64,000 nucleotides of DNA from Octopus vulgaris (lineage: Eukaryota): positions 1,364,001 through 1,428,000 of the forward strand of contig OX597824.1 of the NCBI GenBank assembly GCA_951406725.2, in the 5' to 3' direction. Positions 13,931 to 27,754 of the stretch are shown one piece after another. Below the pieces are notes generated by a model that ran no database searches, was not told the origin of the DNA, and saw nothing but the letters and a program-made list of their open reading frames with translations. Each line of letters opens with the position of its first letter. Position 1 is the first letter of the stretch. A program made the translations under genes and the position numbers.

Positions 13931-14429
13931 TTTGATAGAAGTACTTGGGACACACTTATTTTGTTTTCCCTCATAAGAAACACGGGCGATGTTAAGTGGA
14001 TATTAATATCATAATATAAGAAGAATTAAATTGACAAGGCAAACTATTTCGTAGAGCAATTTACCGAAGAGAGGAAGAAATACAATGTATAGAAGAATTC
14101 ATCATTTATTAATTTGAGTGAAGGAAAAAGAAAGCTCATATAATAATAATTAAAAACACATTTTAATTCTATATATCACATAACTACCGTGGTTTACATT
14201 ATTTACAATATTTACATTATTTACATTTGACTGTATTACCGTGGTTTAGTCTTCTATGGCATTTTTCTATTACTTGATGTGTAGAACGTTTCAATGTTAC
14301 GATTCACTGATGGCTTTTGATTAGAACTTAATCTTCTCTTGACATCAAATATTACAACAAGTAATTCATGCTTTCATGTAGAAGAGTTAAAGCCAAATTT
14401 AGAGGGACTCATTTATTTCTGAATTAAGT

Positions 14430-15200
14430 TATAGAATTTGATCAGTCAGTAAGAGATCCGTTTCATAATAAGCATTGCGTACCGTGGTACCTTGTCATAT
14501 CTGGGTGGACATAGGCAACTCAAATTTGTCATGACAATTAACTTATAGCTAATTTGCTGAGGTATGAAACCTTCTTCAAGATGCAATGAGGTCAAATCAC
14601 CGGCTGAGTCAGCTTTGAACAGAAGGAGTTCGCAAACTAATGAAATATCAGTTGCTCCTTACAAGGTTTCTTACGAACCTACAGTTGAAGGAAATTCCAG
14701 GTTTCTTGGACCCTGAATCATTTCCCTACTCAGTTTGATCAGAATAGAGATTGCAATCGGCAGGAAGGAATCCCGTTTCTCAGCATCTCACTACTCTCCA
14801 AGGCAACGCATTCACTATTTTGTTTGATGGGAGTGGGCAACATTTGCCCTACTCACTGTTAATATTTCATCATAAATTTGTAGATTACCAAATAATTAGA
14901 CAGACTAGTAAAAGTGAGATATTGCTTTGAACAGGTATTGCAGAAACCGCTGTCGACAAGAACGTAATACGAATGACTCACAAGCCCAGTGTCCGGTAAA
15001 TGGACAATGAGAATGGTACAGAGAAGTGGGGCCACATAAGACATGGCTCATTATCGGGTGATAAAGTTTAAAGTACGTGTTCGTCTGTGTTCCATTCAAA
15101 AAGCTCTGCGGGCCGCAGTTTGTTCGTGATTGCTCTATGTGGTCTCTGACCTGATAGAAATAACAATCAAATGTCCCTGTAATCACCAAATGTTCCTGAA
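14430..15200 (-). pseudogene. Decayed Gypsy gag-pro-pol fragment
   Basis: Minus strand shows knuckle-like CYFYQVRDH (~15140-15165), aspartic protease motif YVLVDSG (~14945-14970), and PWR-V-V RT-like words at ~14790-14805, all in the gag-pro-RT order, with stops and frameshifts. Confidence 0.55.
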
Positions 15201-16089
15201 ATGTGCTTGTGATCTCAAATCAGAAGTTAGATAGTTCTAAAATGCGTGAGGGTCATGGTTGGAATTCAGTTGATCAAATACCTACTCTTTTTATGGCTGA
15301 TCCGCAGCTAAAACATCGCTTATTTGAAAAAGTAGAAACGAATTGACTAAATATTTCGTACAGAATCCTTTAATCACGTGAGATGCTGTTATTAAATCAG
15401 TATTTCAGAGGAAATATCAATATTGCTAACCTGCCACTGACTACGAGCATGCAAGGTGAAACATTTCTATCTACTAGCAATTAGTATTGGGTCAAAATAT
15501 CTCATACAGGTAACAAGACATTTGTACCACCTTCAAACTTACTCATAAAGCTGTACGTCCACTTTATGCTTTACTTCCATGATATAACTCATATCTAATT
15601 TCTGTATTGATTTTTATATTGTCATGAATTTAATGAAGCGTTTATCTTCATAGAGATATTAATAAATAATGCCACAATAGCTGAAACTAATCTTAATCTC
15701 AATGACATCTTGAAAGCCGCTTATTAAATTTATTCGTTTCCTTTACTCTACGTACTCTCTTTAGCTTGACAAAAAGCGTCATAAAATATATGGAGGTCAC
15801 CATACTCTTTCCTTATCTTTAACGAGTCACATAAACAAGCATTGTACTTGCGAATAGTCCCAGAGGCATTATGTTTGATTATCAATTCGCAATTTGATCT
15901 AAGAGATCTAATCAACTTGCTATTCAGAGATCTAACACTCTATTTATTTAACACGTTCTAAACAAGGCACTTTCAGATTTGAATTTGGCTTAATCGAACT
16001 TCAATTTGGAATTAGACTTAATCAAATTATCTTTGGTAGATTTAAATCAATTAACAATTAAAATTACATATATATACATGCATATATCC

Positions 16090-16121
<32 letters not shown>

Positions 16122-16160
16122 ACACACAGACATACATAGGTACATATATGAATATGTTGA

Positions 16161-16206
<46 letters not shown>

Positions 16207-17214
16207 ATATGTGTATATATACACGTACATACATACAAACACGCTTGCTCTGGGAAAGCAGGCTTTAAGTATCGATAGCCAATTATCATACTCTAATACG
16301 AATGATTTGGGTGCATAAAAACATGCATTATTGAATATGCTTGTAAGAATCGATATATAATAATTTAATTTTGAATAGAGTTAAGTATATGAATTCTGCC
16401 TCGAGGATGTTGAATATCAATTTAATTGGTAATATATTAGCATGGAGTAGCGCCAGGAAATAAAAAAAAATATATGTAGGAATTAGATACAGATATATCA
16501 AGAGTTATGGTAAATAATAATGACGTAGAATTTATTGGAAATGTCCTTAATAATTGTCACAGAATGAGATGAGCTCAACAGAAAATGGAAAAGTGTAGCG
16601 GATTTAAGGATAATCTTGTTATTTCCCTGTTCGCAAGATTTTTAAGAATTGACGAATGAAATAATTTTAGAACTTTTAGAACTTTCATACACAATGCCTT
16701 GCGTAGAATATTCACAAGATACCAGTAGTATCTGAGAGTTCATTTGGAATTTTATAACTGTTGGGGTGTGAGTGGGAGTGAGATTGAGAGAGGGAGTGAG
16801 AGAGAGAGAGAAAGACGGGGGGGGGGGGGGAGATAGTGAGAAAAGGAGAGAAAAAACAGAAAGCGGGAAAACGACAAAACTGAAAAAAGACGTGCAGAGG
16901 TAGACATAGGAAGGAGTTTGGTTTGACGGGGATTCGAAAGATTCTGTTCCAACATATATTTCCTTTGCAAGAATTGATAAAAGCTCGTGAGAGTAATGCG
17001 AATTTTCCTACGAAAATACCGGTTACCCCTCCTTTATATCTGTCTGTTTTTTCTCTCTCTCTCTCTCTCTCTTTACACACACACACACAAAATGCGTATG
17101 TATGAGTCAGTAAATACACGAAATTAACAATCAAATGGATGTGTTCTGCACCTGCAACATAGTATGGAGCTGAGTCAAATTCTTAATAGAGGTGTACATA
17201 TGTATGAAAAAGTA

Positions 17215-17440
17215 TCAACGGTCCTTTTGTGAGCCATTGGCTCTGATAGGGCTGGTTTCCCGGATTCACTGTCGTATGTTTTCTCCCCGGGATGAGACGC
17301 TGGTCAGTCGAAGGCTTACTCATTTCTGCCAGCTGAGTAGGAGTAACGTGAAATAAAATGTTTTGGTCAAGAACACAACACACCATTCGGTTCTGGAATC
17401 GAACCCTCATTCTTACGATCATCAGTGCAACACGCTAAGG
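17215..17440 (-). mobile_element. tRNA-derived SINE, third family
   Basis: Minus strand has box-B-like ggttcgattcc followed by tgttgtgttcttgaccaaaacattttatttcacg, typical of a SINE head and body. Confidence 0.55.
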
Positions 17441-17453
17441 TATGAGCTTTTAC

Positions 17454-17484
<31 letters not shown>

Positions 17485-17616
17485 CATACATACATACATA
17501 CATACATACATACGTACATACATACGTACATAGATACATACATACATACATACGTACATACATAAATACATACATACATACATACATACATACATGCATA
17601 CGTACATACATATATG

Positions 17617-17662
<46 letters not shown>

Positions 17663-17901
17663 AATACATTAGAATTTAAGTTTGAATCTTTGAGCACTAC
17701 TGTCTTCTATAAGGAGAACCTCTGGACCTCATATGTGAACAATATATGCATATAAAAGTATCCGTGTATATGTGTATGGGACCGTGCACTAGGGTGTGAG
17801 TGCGTGCCCTATAGCTTCAAGCTAATTATTTTGACCATATATGTATGCATGTATGTATGTATGTATGTATGCATGCAAGTATGTATGTATATATATGTAT
17901 A

Positions 17902-17984
<83 letters not shown>

Positions 17985-17990
<6 letters not shown>

Positions 17991-18885
17991 ACAATTGAGG
18001 GTAAAATTAATTAATTAATCAATTTCACCAAGTGTTCAGTATGTAAAAGGACCATTTAAGGCGAATTCAAAATATTACATTATATAATTAGGGCTTAGTA
18101 AAATAAATTACTTTGCCACATACTGAACTTAGTAGAAATAGCAGCCAAAAAAAATTTTCTTAGCATTTCTACTACTTAAGAGAAATTTTCTTTAAGTAGT
18201 AGAAATGCTAAGAAAATTTTTTTTGGCTGCTATTTCTACTAAGTTCAGTATGTGGCAAAAGTAATTTATTTTACTAAGCCCTAATTATATAATGTAATAT
18301 TTTGAATTCGCCTAAATGGTCCTTTTACATACTGAACACTTGGTGAAATTGATTAATTAATTAATTTACCCTCAATTGTTGATATTATAATTCATTTCTC
18401 TCGGTCATACTGCCTCGGTTCTCGCGGTTAAAATATAATGTTTGCTAGATAGACCACATGGGTGGAATGGGGAGTGCAGAATTTTACGCCTGCGCATTTT
18501 GAATTTGTTGACACTGTTTAGTTGGAGTGGTTCATCTGAAACGACAAGTTCGCTGATAGGTAAAGTTCCTTCTTTTTAGTGTTTCCAAATCCAAATTAAG
18601 AAATTTTGAGCTGACGAAAGAAATGCTGATTTTATTTGGCTAATCTTGAAACGTTGACGTACTCAAACGATCTATGTACTTGTGATATTTTTCTGTATTT
18701 ACCCCCAAACCTTCGTGAGCTGTCTAGATTAAACATTATCTGGGAGAAATTTTCTTTAAGTAGTAGAAATGGTAAGAAAATTTTTTTTGGCTGCTATTTC
18801 TACTAAGTTCAGTATGTGGCAAAGTAATTTATTTTGTGAACTTTTGCTAAGAAATTTTATGCAAGCATCACTTGGTGAATATAAT

Positions 18886-18890
<5 letters not shown>
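17985..18890 (+). mobile_element. Penelope-like pLTR-type element with ~400 bp palindrome, partial direct repeat and hammerhead
   Basis: Near-perfect palindrome 17985-18385 centred at ~18185. Segment 18180-18272 is repeated directly at 18744-18835. HHR at 18605-18667. (TA)n on both sides. Confidence 0.7.
18605..18667 (+). ncRNA. Type I hammerhead ribozyme with intact core
   Basis: TTTGAG-CTGACGA-AAGA...TCTT-GAA-ACGT-TG-ACGT-A-CTCAAA: 6 bp stem I, 4 bp stem II base, 4 bp stem III, GUA cleavage triplet. Confidence 0.8.
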
Positions 18891-18922
<32 letters not shown>

Positions 18923-19153
18923 GTTTCCTCTCGATGCAAGCCAAAATACAAGGTCTGAAATACGCACAATGTTAAAACATATCTTTGATGCAAGTCTGAT
19001 GAAATGCCTCTCTTGTGACTAAGACCGCAAACATTACGTAAATTTTCATTTAGAAATTTGTGCAAATCGGCGCTGCAAATAGATTTGGCACAGAAACAAT
19101 TGTAACGAATTATTAAAGATGTGTTAAAGAGTTGTCTTTGTCTTCTTTTCATT

Positions 19154-19202
<49 letters not shown>

Positions 19203-19210
19203 CATACACA

Positions 19211-19400
19211 TAGGGGGAGAATTCACAAAAAACAAAAGACGAAGACAGGTGGTGTAGACAACAAACAGATGTATTAGTATGACGCTCGGGAAGTGTAAAA
19301 GTCATTAACGTTTCGAGCCTACGCTCTTTCACATAAAAGAACACCGAAAGAAAGAAGGAAAGAAAATAAAGAACGCGTAGTGGCTAGCGATTTATCATGG
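19211..19400 (-). mobile_element. (TA)n-associated repeat family with degenerate hammerhead-like motif; related pieces at ~24055-24112 and ~53200-53350
   Basis: gggagaattcacaaaaaacaaaagacgaagacaggtggtgtagacaa is the reverse complement of ~24060-24112. Minus strand has GAGC gtag GCTC GAAA CG TT. Confidence 0.5.
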
Positions 19401-19757
19401 TGAATGTTGGACAGAGGGATCACATATATTCTTTTATTCTTTTACTCGTTTCAGACATGCGCTCTGTAGTCTTTCTAATTTCCTCAGTATGGCGTGTTTC
19501 ACACTATGTGCCTTTGTCCCAGCTTTTAGACCATTTGTTGTATAAGGGAATTTGATATTTATAGATGATTATGTTAAACAAGTGTGTGCGCTTTTTTGCT
19601 CGTCTTTCTATCACGACATACCCATACACACAAAACATAAAGACTCACACAATATATACACATAAATATTGTTGTCTTTCACTCGTCCAAGAATTACAGG
19701 ATTCGTCCAGTGCAACAAATTGCAAGGAAATTATCACAATTTTTTTTTATCTTGCAG

Positions 19758-19830
19758 GAACGGTGAATCCGGAGGAAATGCTAATCCAGAGGAAGTCAGC
19801 GGAGCTGAATGCTGCACTCAGAAAGATCTC
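19758..19830 (+). CDS. Candidate internal exon (73 nt), (G)TVNPEEMLIQRKSAELNAALRKI(S)
   Basis: Strong acceptor ttttttttatcttgcag, donor gtaagc, open frame, GC-richer island in unique sequence. Confidence 0.55.
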
Positions 19831-20298
19831 GTAAGCGTAGCCTCACTCTGGTCAGAAGAATGTTGGTTAAACATAGTTTACAGATGACTGTACACCATCA
19901 ACTAGTATTCTTTAATAAAATATAAATGAACAATTCTAAAGCAAAATACAAAATAATTAAACCGTTGAGAATAGAAATAGAGATAGTGATCGGATTAAAT
20001 AATATATCTAAAGTTATTTACATAATGAAATAGCATCGGAATTAATTTATTCATAACGTAATTTAATGCAATGTAGAGAGTCTCTTTTGAAATAGCAGTC
20101 TCTTTCGTATTTTTCAGTGTATAGATTTTTTTTACTTTGTTTTATTATATTTGTAAGAATTTATTAAAATGTCTTGAAGTAGAGTAATAAATAAAAGGCA
20201 ACATATTCACCAAGTGATGCTTGCATAAAATTTCTTAGCAAAAGTTCACAACTACCCTCTAATTTTATTGAATTATAATATATGGAATAAACCGCTGC

Positions 20299-20384
<86 letters not shown>

Positions 20385-20395
20385 TTATCTATCTA

Positions 20396-20430
<35 letters not shown>

Positions 20431-20431
20431 T

Positions 20432-20482
<51 letters not shown>

Positions 20483-20500
20483 GTCTGTCTGTCTGCCTGT
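20299..20500. repeat. (ATCT)n/(GTCT)n microsatellite
   Basis: Direct reading. Confidence 0.95.
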
Positions 20501-21158
20501 CTTTCTGTGTCTCTTTCTCCCCGCACACGCGCACTCACATGGAGAATGGACTTGAGACACTAATTTGCAATCCCTCCGGTAATTGAAAATAATCTCTGAC
20601 TCCGAAGAATCGTAAATTGCACAAGTGTAATTATTGGTGTAACGATAATTTGCAAGTCTGCTCCAGACTGACAGGTCTAGCTGCTGGTCATGTGACCACT
20701 CGACAGTCTCCGAGCAAGTCTAGCCTGTGAAATAAACGACAGCCCACGAGATAAATGTGGTTCTAAAGAGACATGACTTGCTATTACGATTCCTATCAGA
20801 ACGATTTAATTTCTAGTTAGCCAGTCCCACGAGCAAGTAATTTAATTTCTTTTCTTCTTTATCATGTGTCCCAAATGCACAAACACACACATACACACAC
20901 ATGCATATTCATGTATGTATGGCTGTGTTTGAAATAAGTTTATAATTCCTCGCTAAATGCTATTATGTTAATGGCCAGTTTAAGCCCGAAACATGTAGAG
21001 AATATAATAGGAAAAGTAAAAGGTGATGCGACAAATTTCAGACACACGTAAACAAAATCAAGGACTCACAGACACAAGCATACATATGCATCTTTGCAAG
21101 TACACATTGACACACACACACACACACACACCCACACATATATATACATATACATATA

Positions 21159-21406
21159 ATGGGTTGGTGCATAATTATTGCGGGTTTTTTTCAACACATT
21201 TTATTCAACAAAACAATAACAATATTTTAACAAAAACTTCTTTAAATGACGGTTCGGCCGTCTTCCAAGCAAATCGGAAGCAGCATTTGAAGTAGATGGT
21301 GAATATGCTCCGGAATAATTATTTAAAGATGATTTGTTACGTGTTGTTATTGTCTTTCTTGAATAAAGTTTGTTAAAAAAACCGCAATAATTATGCACCA
21401 ACCCAA
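21159..21406. mobile_element. Mariner-type MITE
   Basis: TIR tgggttggtgcataattattgcgg / ccgcaataattatgcaccaaccca resembles Hsmar1/MADE1 TIRs. TA on both sides and internally palindromic. Confidence 0.85.
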
Positions 21407-21598
21407 TATGTATATATATGCGTCCGTGTGTGTGTGTGTATGTGTATGTGTATATACAGAATACATATACATACACACACACACATATATATATACATAC
21501 ATACAAACAAACAACAAACACACACATATTTGTTGTCATACATATTTGTATGTTGATGTTCTCTCTGAGTGAGATAAGAAAATATGTAACCAACACGC

Positions 21599-21840
<242 letters not shown>

Positions 21841-23704
21841 CGTTGCCATATGTATTTGTATGTTGATATTCTCTGTGAGTAAGATGAGAAAATATGCAAC
21901 CAGCACGCAACAGACGTATTACATGAAAAGGGAACTTAATTGGCCACGACATTAGATGCTGGCTGCAGAGGATAAGTTAAACACCCGTGAAACATTCGAA
22001 TGTTCAGCGGTCAAAGCTTTGTTTTTGTTCTCTTTTGTTGTTTCTTCTTCTCTGAAAGTATGGCAACACTTCAATAAATATAATTAATATCCTTTGCTAA
22101 TAATGTTCGTAAGCAGCGAACAATGATAAATTTATTATTGCTATCGCATGCCACCGTATCATAATGATCTTGAAATTTCATAGCCTATGTTATTTTACTA
22201 TTTATTTATTATATTTTTATTATGTATTTAATATAACTCGATAAATAATGATATAAGGATGTACAAAATATTATTGGCAGATATACATTCGTGAATTATT
22301 TTTAAGTTGTACAACCGCATTCAATAATAATATTCTTTTTATAATTGGTGAGAGGTCGATGTAACCGACAGATTTTCACAGAAATAGTATTTTTTTCAAT
22401 GTAAAACAAATAGATAAATAAATAAACACAAAAAAGAAAGCCACTCTACTTCGTAAATATCTCGATAATAATTCTCGCATCAAATTTGACGATGATCTGG
22501 TAAGAGATAATAAATAAATAAATGAAGAAACACGTGAATGAGGAAACGAATGAATGAAAGAACTATGAAGGAGAAGCTGTGTAAGATCATTAGGTTTGTC
22601 TGTTGATGATTAAGGAAGACGACCGCTTCAACTATGGGCACTGAAAATGGGAACGGATCCATGGAGGAGACCAGAGAATCACAACTAATCCCCTCCCCCC
22701 CACACGCCTGTGTTGCAACTTCAATGTAGCTGAAGCAACGAAAGTGGTGGTATTCATTAGTCGGGAAGTCTAATACAAACCGTATCCCAATGCATGATCT
22801 ACCATTTGTGGCTTCAAGATGTCCAGTTTCCAGAAATCAAAGACGATTATGGATGACTACATAACTTTTACACCTGGAAAAGGGACGCAGTCTACTTGTA
22901 AGGCAGGTAGAAAACTGCAACGAATACCCAGAATTGCGGACGTCTAAACTACGGATATGGGTGTATTACATTGTTGCTGATCGCTACAAAAATAAATATT
23001 CGATCTCAAATTAGGGGTCAGTCAAGTATGTGCCACGAGGTGTTACTCGCTAGACACAAATGCTAGACTCTTGCAAGGTTTAAAAAAAAAATGAATACTG
23101 CTCGCATATCATACTTAATCTTTTTTTCCTGGTAAAATATTCCTAGTAGCAAGATAAAGTCAAGAAAACTAAGTCTGTATGAAACTGTAGAAGGTTACCA
23201 ATGTGGCCGAAGGGTTTCTCCTAGATCTCGATTCATAACTAAATTCGTTGGTGTCAATGCTATAGCATTATTACCGTTTTTTCTGAATCATGGTTTCAAT
23301 CAGAAGGTGACGGTGTGTTGCTATCTGCACGAGTTGACTCGTTGACCTGTTGCGGTCAAATTTGAAGTGTGGAGATGATTGTTACACATTTAGTTCACAC
23401 GTTATTTGTAAGGAATAAAAACATATTACTAAACACACATACACACGATCACACACAAATATAGACATTTAATGTGCATATGTACACATTGTTACACTAT
23501 TAAATGGGAATCGAAACAGCTGTATCCCTCAACTTGTTAAAAGCTTTTGTTTTATGCTGCAGCATCTCTAAAGTAACCCTCCTCATCATGCAAACTTGCA
23601 GAAGGTTATAAAGGCTGACCAGTTAACTCCCTCCCGACAAGTACACATTTATACAGAGCATATACATACGTGTGTGTGTGTGTGTGTTTATACACACAAA
23701 GGAG

Positions 23705-23768
<64 letters not shown>

Positions 23769-23771
<3 letters not shown>

Positions 23772-24050
23772 TCTATAATTATAAACATAATTATAATTAG
23801 GGGTCAGCTAATTGCTTCGCCAAGCATCGAATTTAGAAATAGGAGCTAAAAATTCCTTTTCTATTACCGTAAAGTTCTCCCAGACAGTAACACTTTTTTT
23901 ACGTAGGCAAAACAGTAAAAAATAACGAATAACTGACCCATCATTATAATTATGTTTATAATTATAGAATATTTGTGTATTTTTACCTAAAAATGTTATT
24001 TTAACGAACCGATCTACTTGGTAAAATTATTAATTATTTTATTATTAATA
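23769..24050. mobile_element. Fold-back element, probably related to the 17985-18890 type
   Basis: 29 bp perfect inverted repeat 23769-23797 / 23943-23971, extending via ggtcag/ctgacc. The motif cttggtaaaattattaatt at ~24017 resembles cttggtgaaattgattaatt at ~18339. Confidence 0.55.
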
Positions 24051-24324
24051 AAGTTCTGTTTTTTGTCTACACCACTTGTTTTCGCCCTTTGTTTTTTCGT
24101 GAATTCTCCCTATATATATACATATATATATATATGTATGTACTTACCCCCCCCCGCACATGCATATATACGTACACCAACAATATATTTATCTATGTCT
24201 ACGAAACTGTGATGCTGGTTGAAGTCGACTTTGCCATATATATTTTAACATCCTCTAGAGTATAAACTGCGGTTATGCACTACCTGTATACATACATACA
24301 TACATACATACATACATACATGCA

Positions 24325-24358
<34 letters not shown>

Positions 24359-25587
24359 CATACATACATACATACATTCAAGCTTATATGTGTATGTGTA
24401 TACATATATATATTTATATATATATATATATATATGTATATATGTGTATATAAATATGCATTATATTTATATAGGTATATGTGTATGCCTGTGCGTATAT
24501 TTATATGCACACATTTGTGAGTGTGTAGATTTGCGGAATACATTAACACTTATCAGTATGATGTGTTAAGCTGAGTGACGTATCTTTCTACTTAATCGAT
24601 ATTCATGTAATTATACAAATGAAGAAGCTTATTGTATATTTTGTGTCCATTAAATCAGATTTTTACTGTAATGCTGCAATACTGACAATGTCGGGTCACT
24701 AAGCCGTAACTGACGAAGACATTTGTGATTACACTAGCACTCAATTTCTTACAAGCGAAATATGAATATACACTTATGTTTTCTCTCCTTCTTCCTTCAG
24801 AGCTCTGCTCTCATTTTCTCCATCTCTCTTTTTCTATCTCTCTTCTATTTTCAATATTTCAAAGAAAAGAACACAAGTTCTTTAATGTTTTCAAAATTTC
24901 CATTGTACTAAAATTATCATATGTAAGAAGATGGTAATGTCACCAGATTTCGTTATTTGTTGCAAATGTCACCTCTCTGTTGTAGGAAGGTGGAGGTTGT
25001 CAGTCGAACATGACATGGTATTGTTAGTACAGAAATGTGTTTATCGTATGCTTTAATGTTCGCAAAATGATGTTGTTAGCTGCGAAAGTTAGTTGGTTGG
25101 TCAGCAGATTTGTCGCTTGGGGTTTATTCTTTTATTGATAAATTTTAAATTTAGTTTATTAGGTGGGGGGGGGGTCTAATGTTGCGGACTATTTAATCAA
25201 TATAATTTTTGATAACATCTCACCATCACAACCTACCCTATTACTAAATTTTTATTCAACAGAACTCCACCTACCCGAGAAATTTCAACTTAACAGAGGC
25301 TACATAAAGTCAAAATGAACTCAAATGCACTACAGTCCGATAAGGGTTTAAATGCTCAAAACTTTGAAGTCATTGCAAAATTATAATTGTTAAAGAATAA
25401 TATATTTGTATTCAACAAAATTATTGAGTATTCCGTCATTTTGATGCAGAATTCGTTTTATTATAACGTAACGTAAAAACAAGCATGAATAAACGTGTGT
25501 GTGTGTGTATATATGTGTGTGGGTTTGTATGTATATATATTTAGGCGCAGGATTGACTGTGGCTATATATGTATGCATTTATATATA

Positions 25588-25736
25588 GGCGCAGGCCGAG
25601 TATCGGGTAGGTAGCTTGCTTACCAACAACATGTCTCCGGGCTCAGTCCCACTGCGTGACACCTTGGGTAAGTGTCTTACACTATTGTCTCGGGCCGACT
25701 AAAGCCTTATGAGTGGATTTGGTAAAAGAAGCCTGT

Positions 25737-25770
<34 letters not shown>

Positions 25771-26246
25771 AAAAGCAATAAAGATTCAAGTTAATTTAAA
25801 TGAATTTACTTGAATATGGTACCTAACTTAGATGCACCAAAAAAACTATACTGTTTTAACAATACAATAATGTGGGGTGATTATAAGCGAGAAAGAAGCA
25901 ACAAGAATGGATAGGTTTTTAGTACAATCGTTTCATACAAGGACAGGCTTTATTAAAAGTTGCAACTTTTAATAAAGCCTGTCCTTGTATGAAACGATTG
26001 TACTAAAAACCTATCCATTCTTGTTGCTTCTTTCTCGCGTATATATATATACATATGTGTGTGTGTGTGTATGTGTTTGCGTGTGTGTCTGTGTGATTGT
26101 GTGTCTGCGTTTGTCCTCCCACCATCGCTTGGCAACTGATGAAGAAGTACTAGGTTTACAAAGGATAAGTGCTGGGGTCGATTTGTTCAACTAAAGGTGG
26201 TGCTCCAGCATGGTCATAGTCAAATGACTGAAACAAATAAAAGAAT
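25588..26246 (+). mobile_element. SINE family A split by an insertion in its internal (TA)n
   Basis: Head ggcgcagg...gtagcttgcttaccaac...cccactgcgtg to 25740, resuming at ~26040 and ending in the tail ggtgctccagcatgg...gactgaaacaaataaaag. Confidence 0.85.
25887..26038. repeat. Perfect 152 bp spacerless palindrome within a (TA)n-inserted element (25769-26040)
   Basis: Arms checked by eye; centre aaaagttg|caactttt at 25962/25963. Confidence 0.92.
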
Positions 26247-27000
26247 ATACATACACACACATACACTCATTCGCATGCTCTCTCACACACACCCACACAC
26301 ATGATATATAAAAATGTAGGTATGCAAATCAGTAAATCTTTAGGTCATCAAAACACCTGACAGTAATTGCCAACATTCGCTACAACGTGTGGCAGATATG
26401 CAACCAACAGTTTGCCGGCTTTTTGCCAACATAGTCACGTGACCTGAAATGATCAATGAGCATTGAAATAGTCTCACGTAAAAATATTTAAATTCTGTTT
26501 ACTCTGACTCCAGAAGACTCCAGAAGATTTGAGGATAGAGGCGCGCATACATACAAACATACATCCACACACACATATGAGAAAAGGCTGAGTTTTATTT
26601 CATTCTTTACTTTGGTGGGTTCCAAGACGTGACTTCATTAAAACAGTCGTTCCCACAAAACAAGTAAAACAAAATTTGAGATTTTTTGCGGATTGTTAAA
26701 GTGGTGACAAAAACAAGACAGTGAGAACAAAACAGGAAAAACAAACGGTGTGGGCTGTTGAGCCATAACGAGGTGAAGTGGTGAACGCTGGAGAAACGAG
26801 CCTTGAGAAGAGACAGGCAAAAGCACGGGTTGTCTTTAGGAAGGAAGTGGAAGAAAGAAGGATAGATAACCGCTGGTCACGTGTGAGCAACAAGCGTCAA
26901 GGAGGAAGAGTGATGGAGGGAGAGGGAACGGTGAAGGGGAGAAGAGAAGAATTATAGAAAGAGTGGTAGAGAAAAACAGAAAGGAAGAAGAAGGGAGATA

Positions 27001-27033
<33 letters not shown>

Positions 27034-27388
27034 TATGTATCTGTGTATGTGTGTGTGTGTGTGTGCGCGCCTACAAATATATGCTGTATGTAAATGTACA
27101 CACACGCATACACACATTCACATATTCACACACATATACAGGTCCACGCTACACAATAAAAAACTATAGATTCAGCGAAAAAACGTGAATAAGGAAAAGG
27201 CATACCAGTGAAAAAAATCCCATTCTTAATATTTACCATGACGCCAACAGATTTTTTAAAAAAAGTCTTAATTATTGATTTAACGTCTGTTTCCTCGTGT
27301 GCGAGTTTGCTTTGCCACTTAAGCACTAACAAAGCGTAAAATGCACTAGCTTACATTTTACCATCTCTCAGGTGAAAGCAGTCATATA

Positions 27389-27470
<82 letters not shown>

Positions 27471-27754
27471 GGTATGTGTGTGTGTGTGTGTGCGTGCAGA
27501 GTTCGGAAATCGCTGTTATAGCATAATTTCCAGTCTGTAAACAGTGAAGAAAGAATTTCATTAAAACTAAATTGATTGCCTAATTTTCTAAGTAATGTTC
27601 TCATGACTTGATGTTATTTTATGGCGAAAGAAATATATTCTGAATGAAATCACTATTGATTTTGCAGTTTATAAATAATAGATAACCATGAATGTTTTGC
27701 TTCTATCTTCTGTATATATACATATATATGTGTGTGTGTATATTCATATATTTA

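Noticed and set aside
20941-21006. GAAACATGTA with palindromic CATG
   Set aside because: No recognisable CUGANGA box upstream.
26640-27000. Purine-rich segment with cacgtg, loosely similar in style to 56800-57120
   Set aside because: Probably repeat-derived, but I could not align or classify it by eye.
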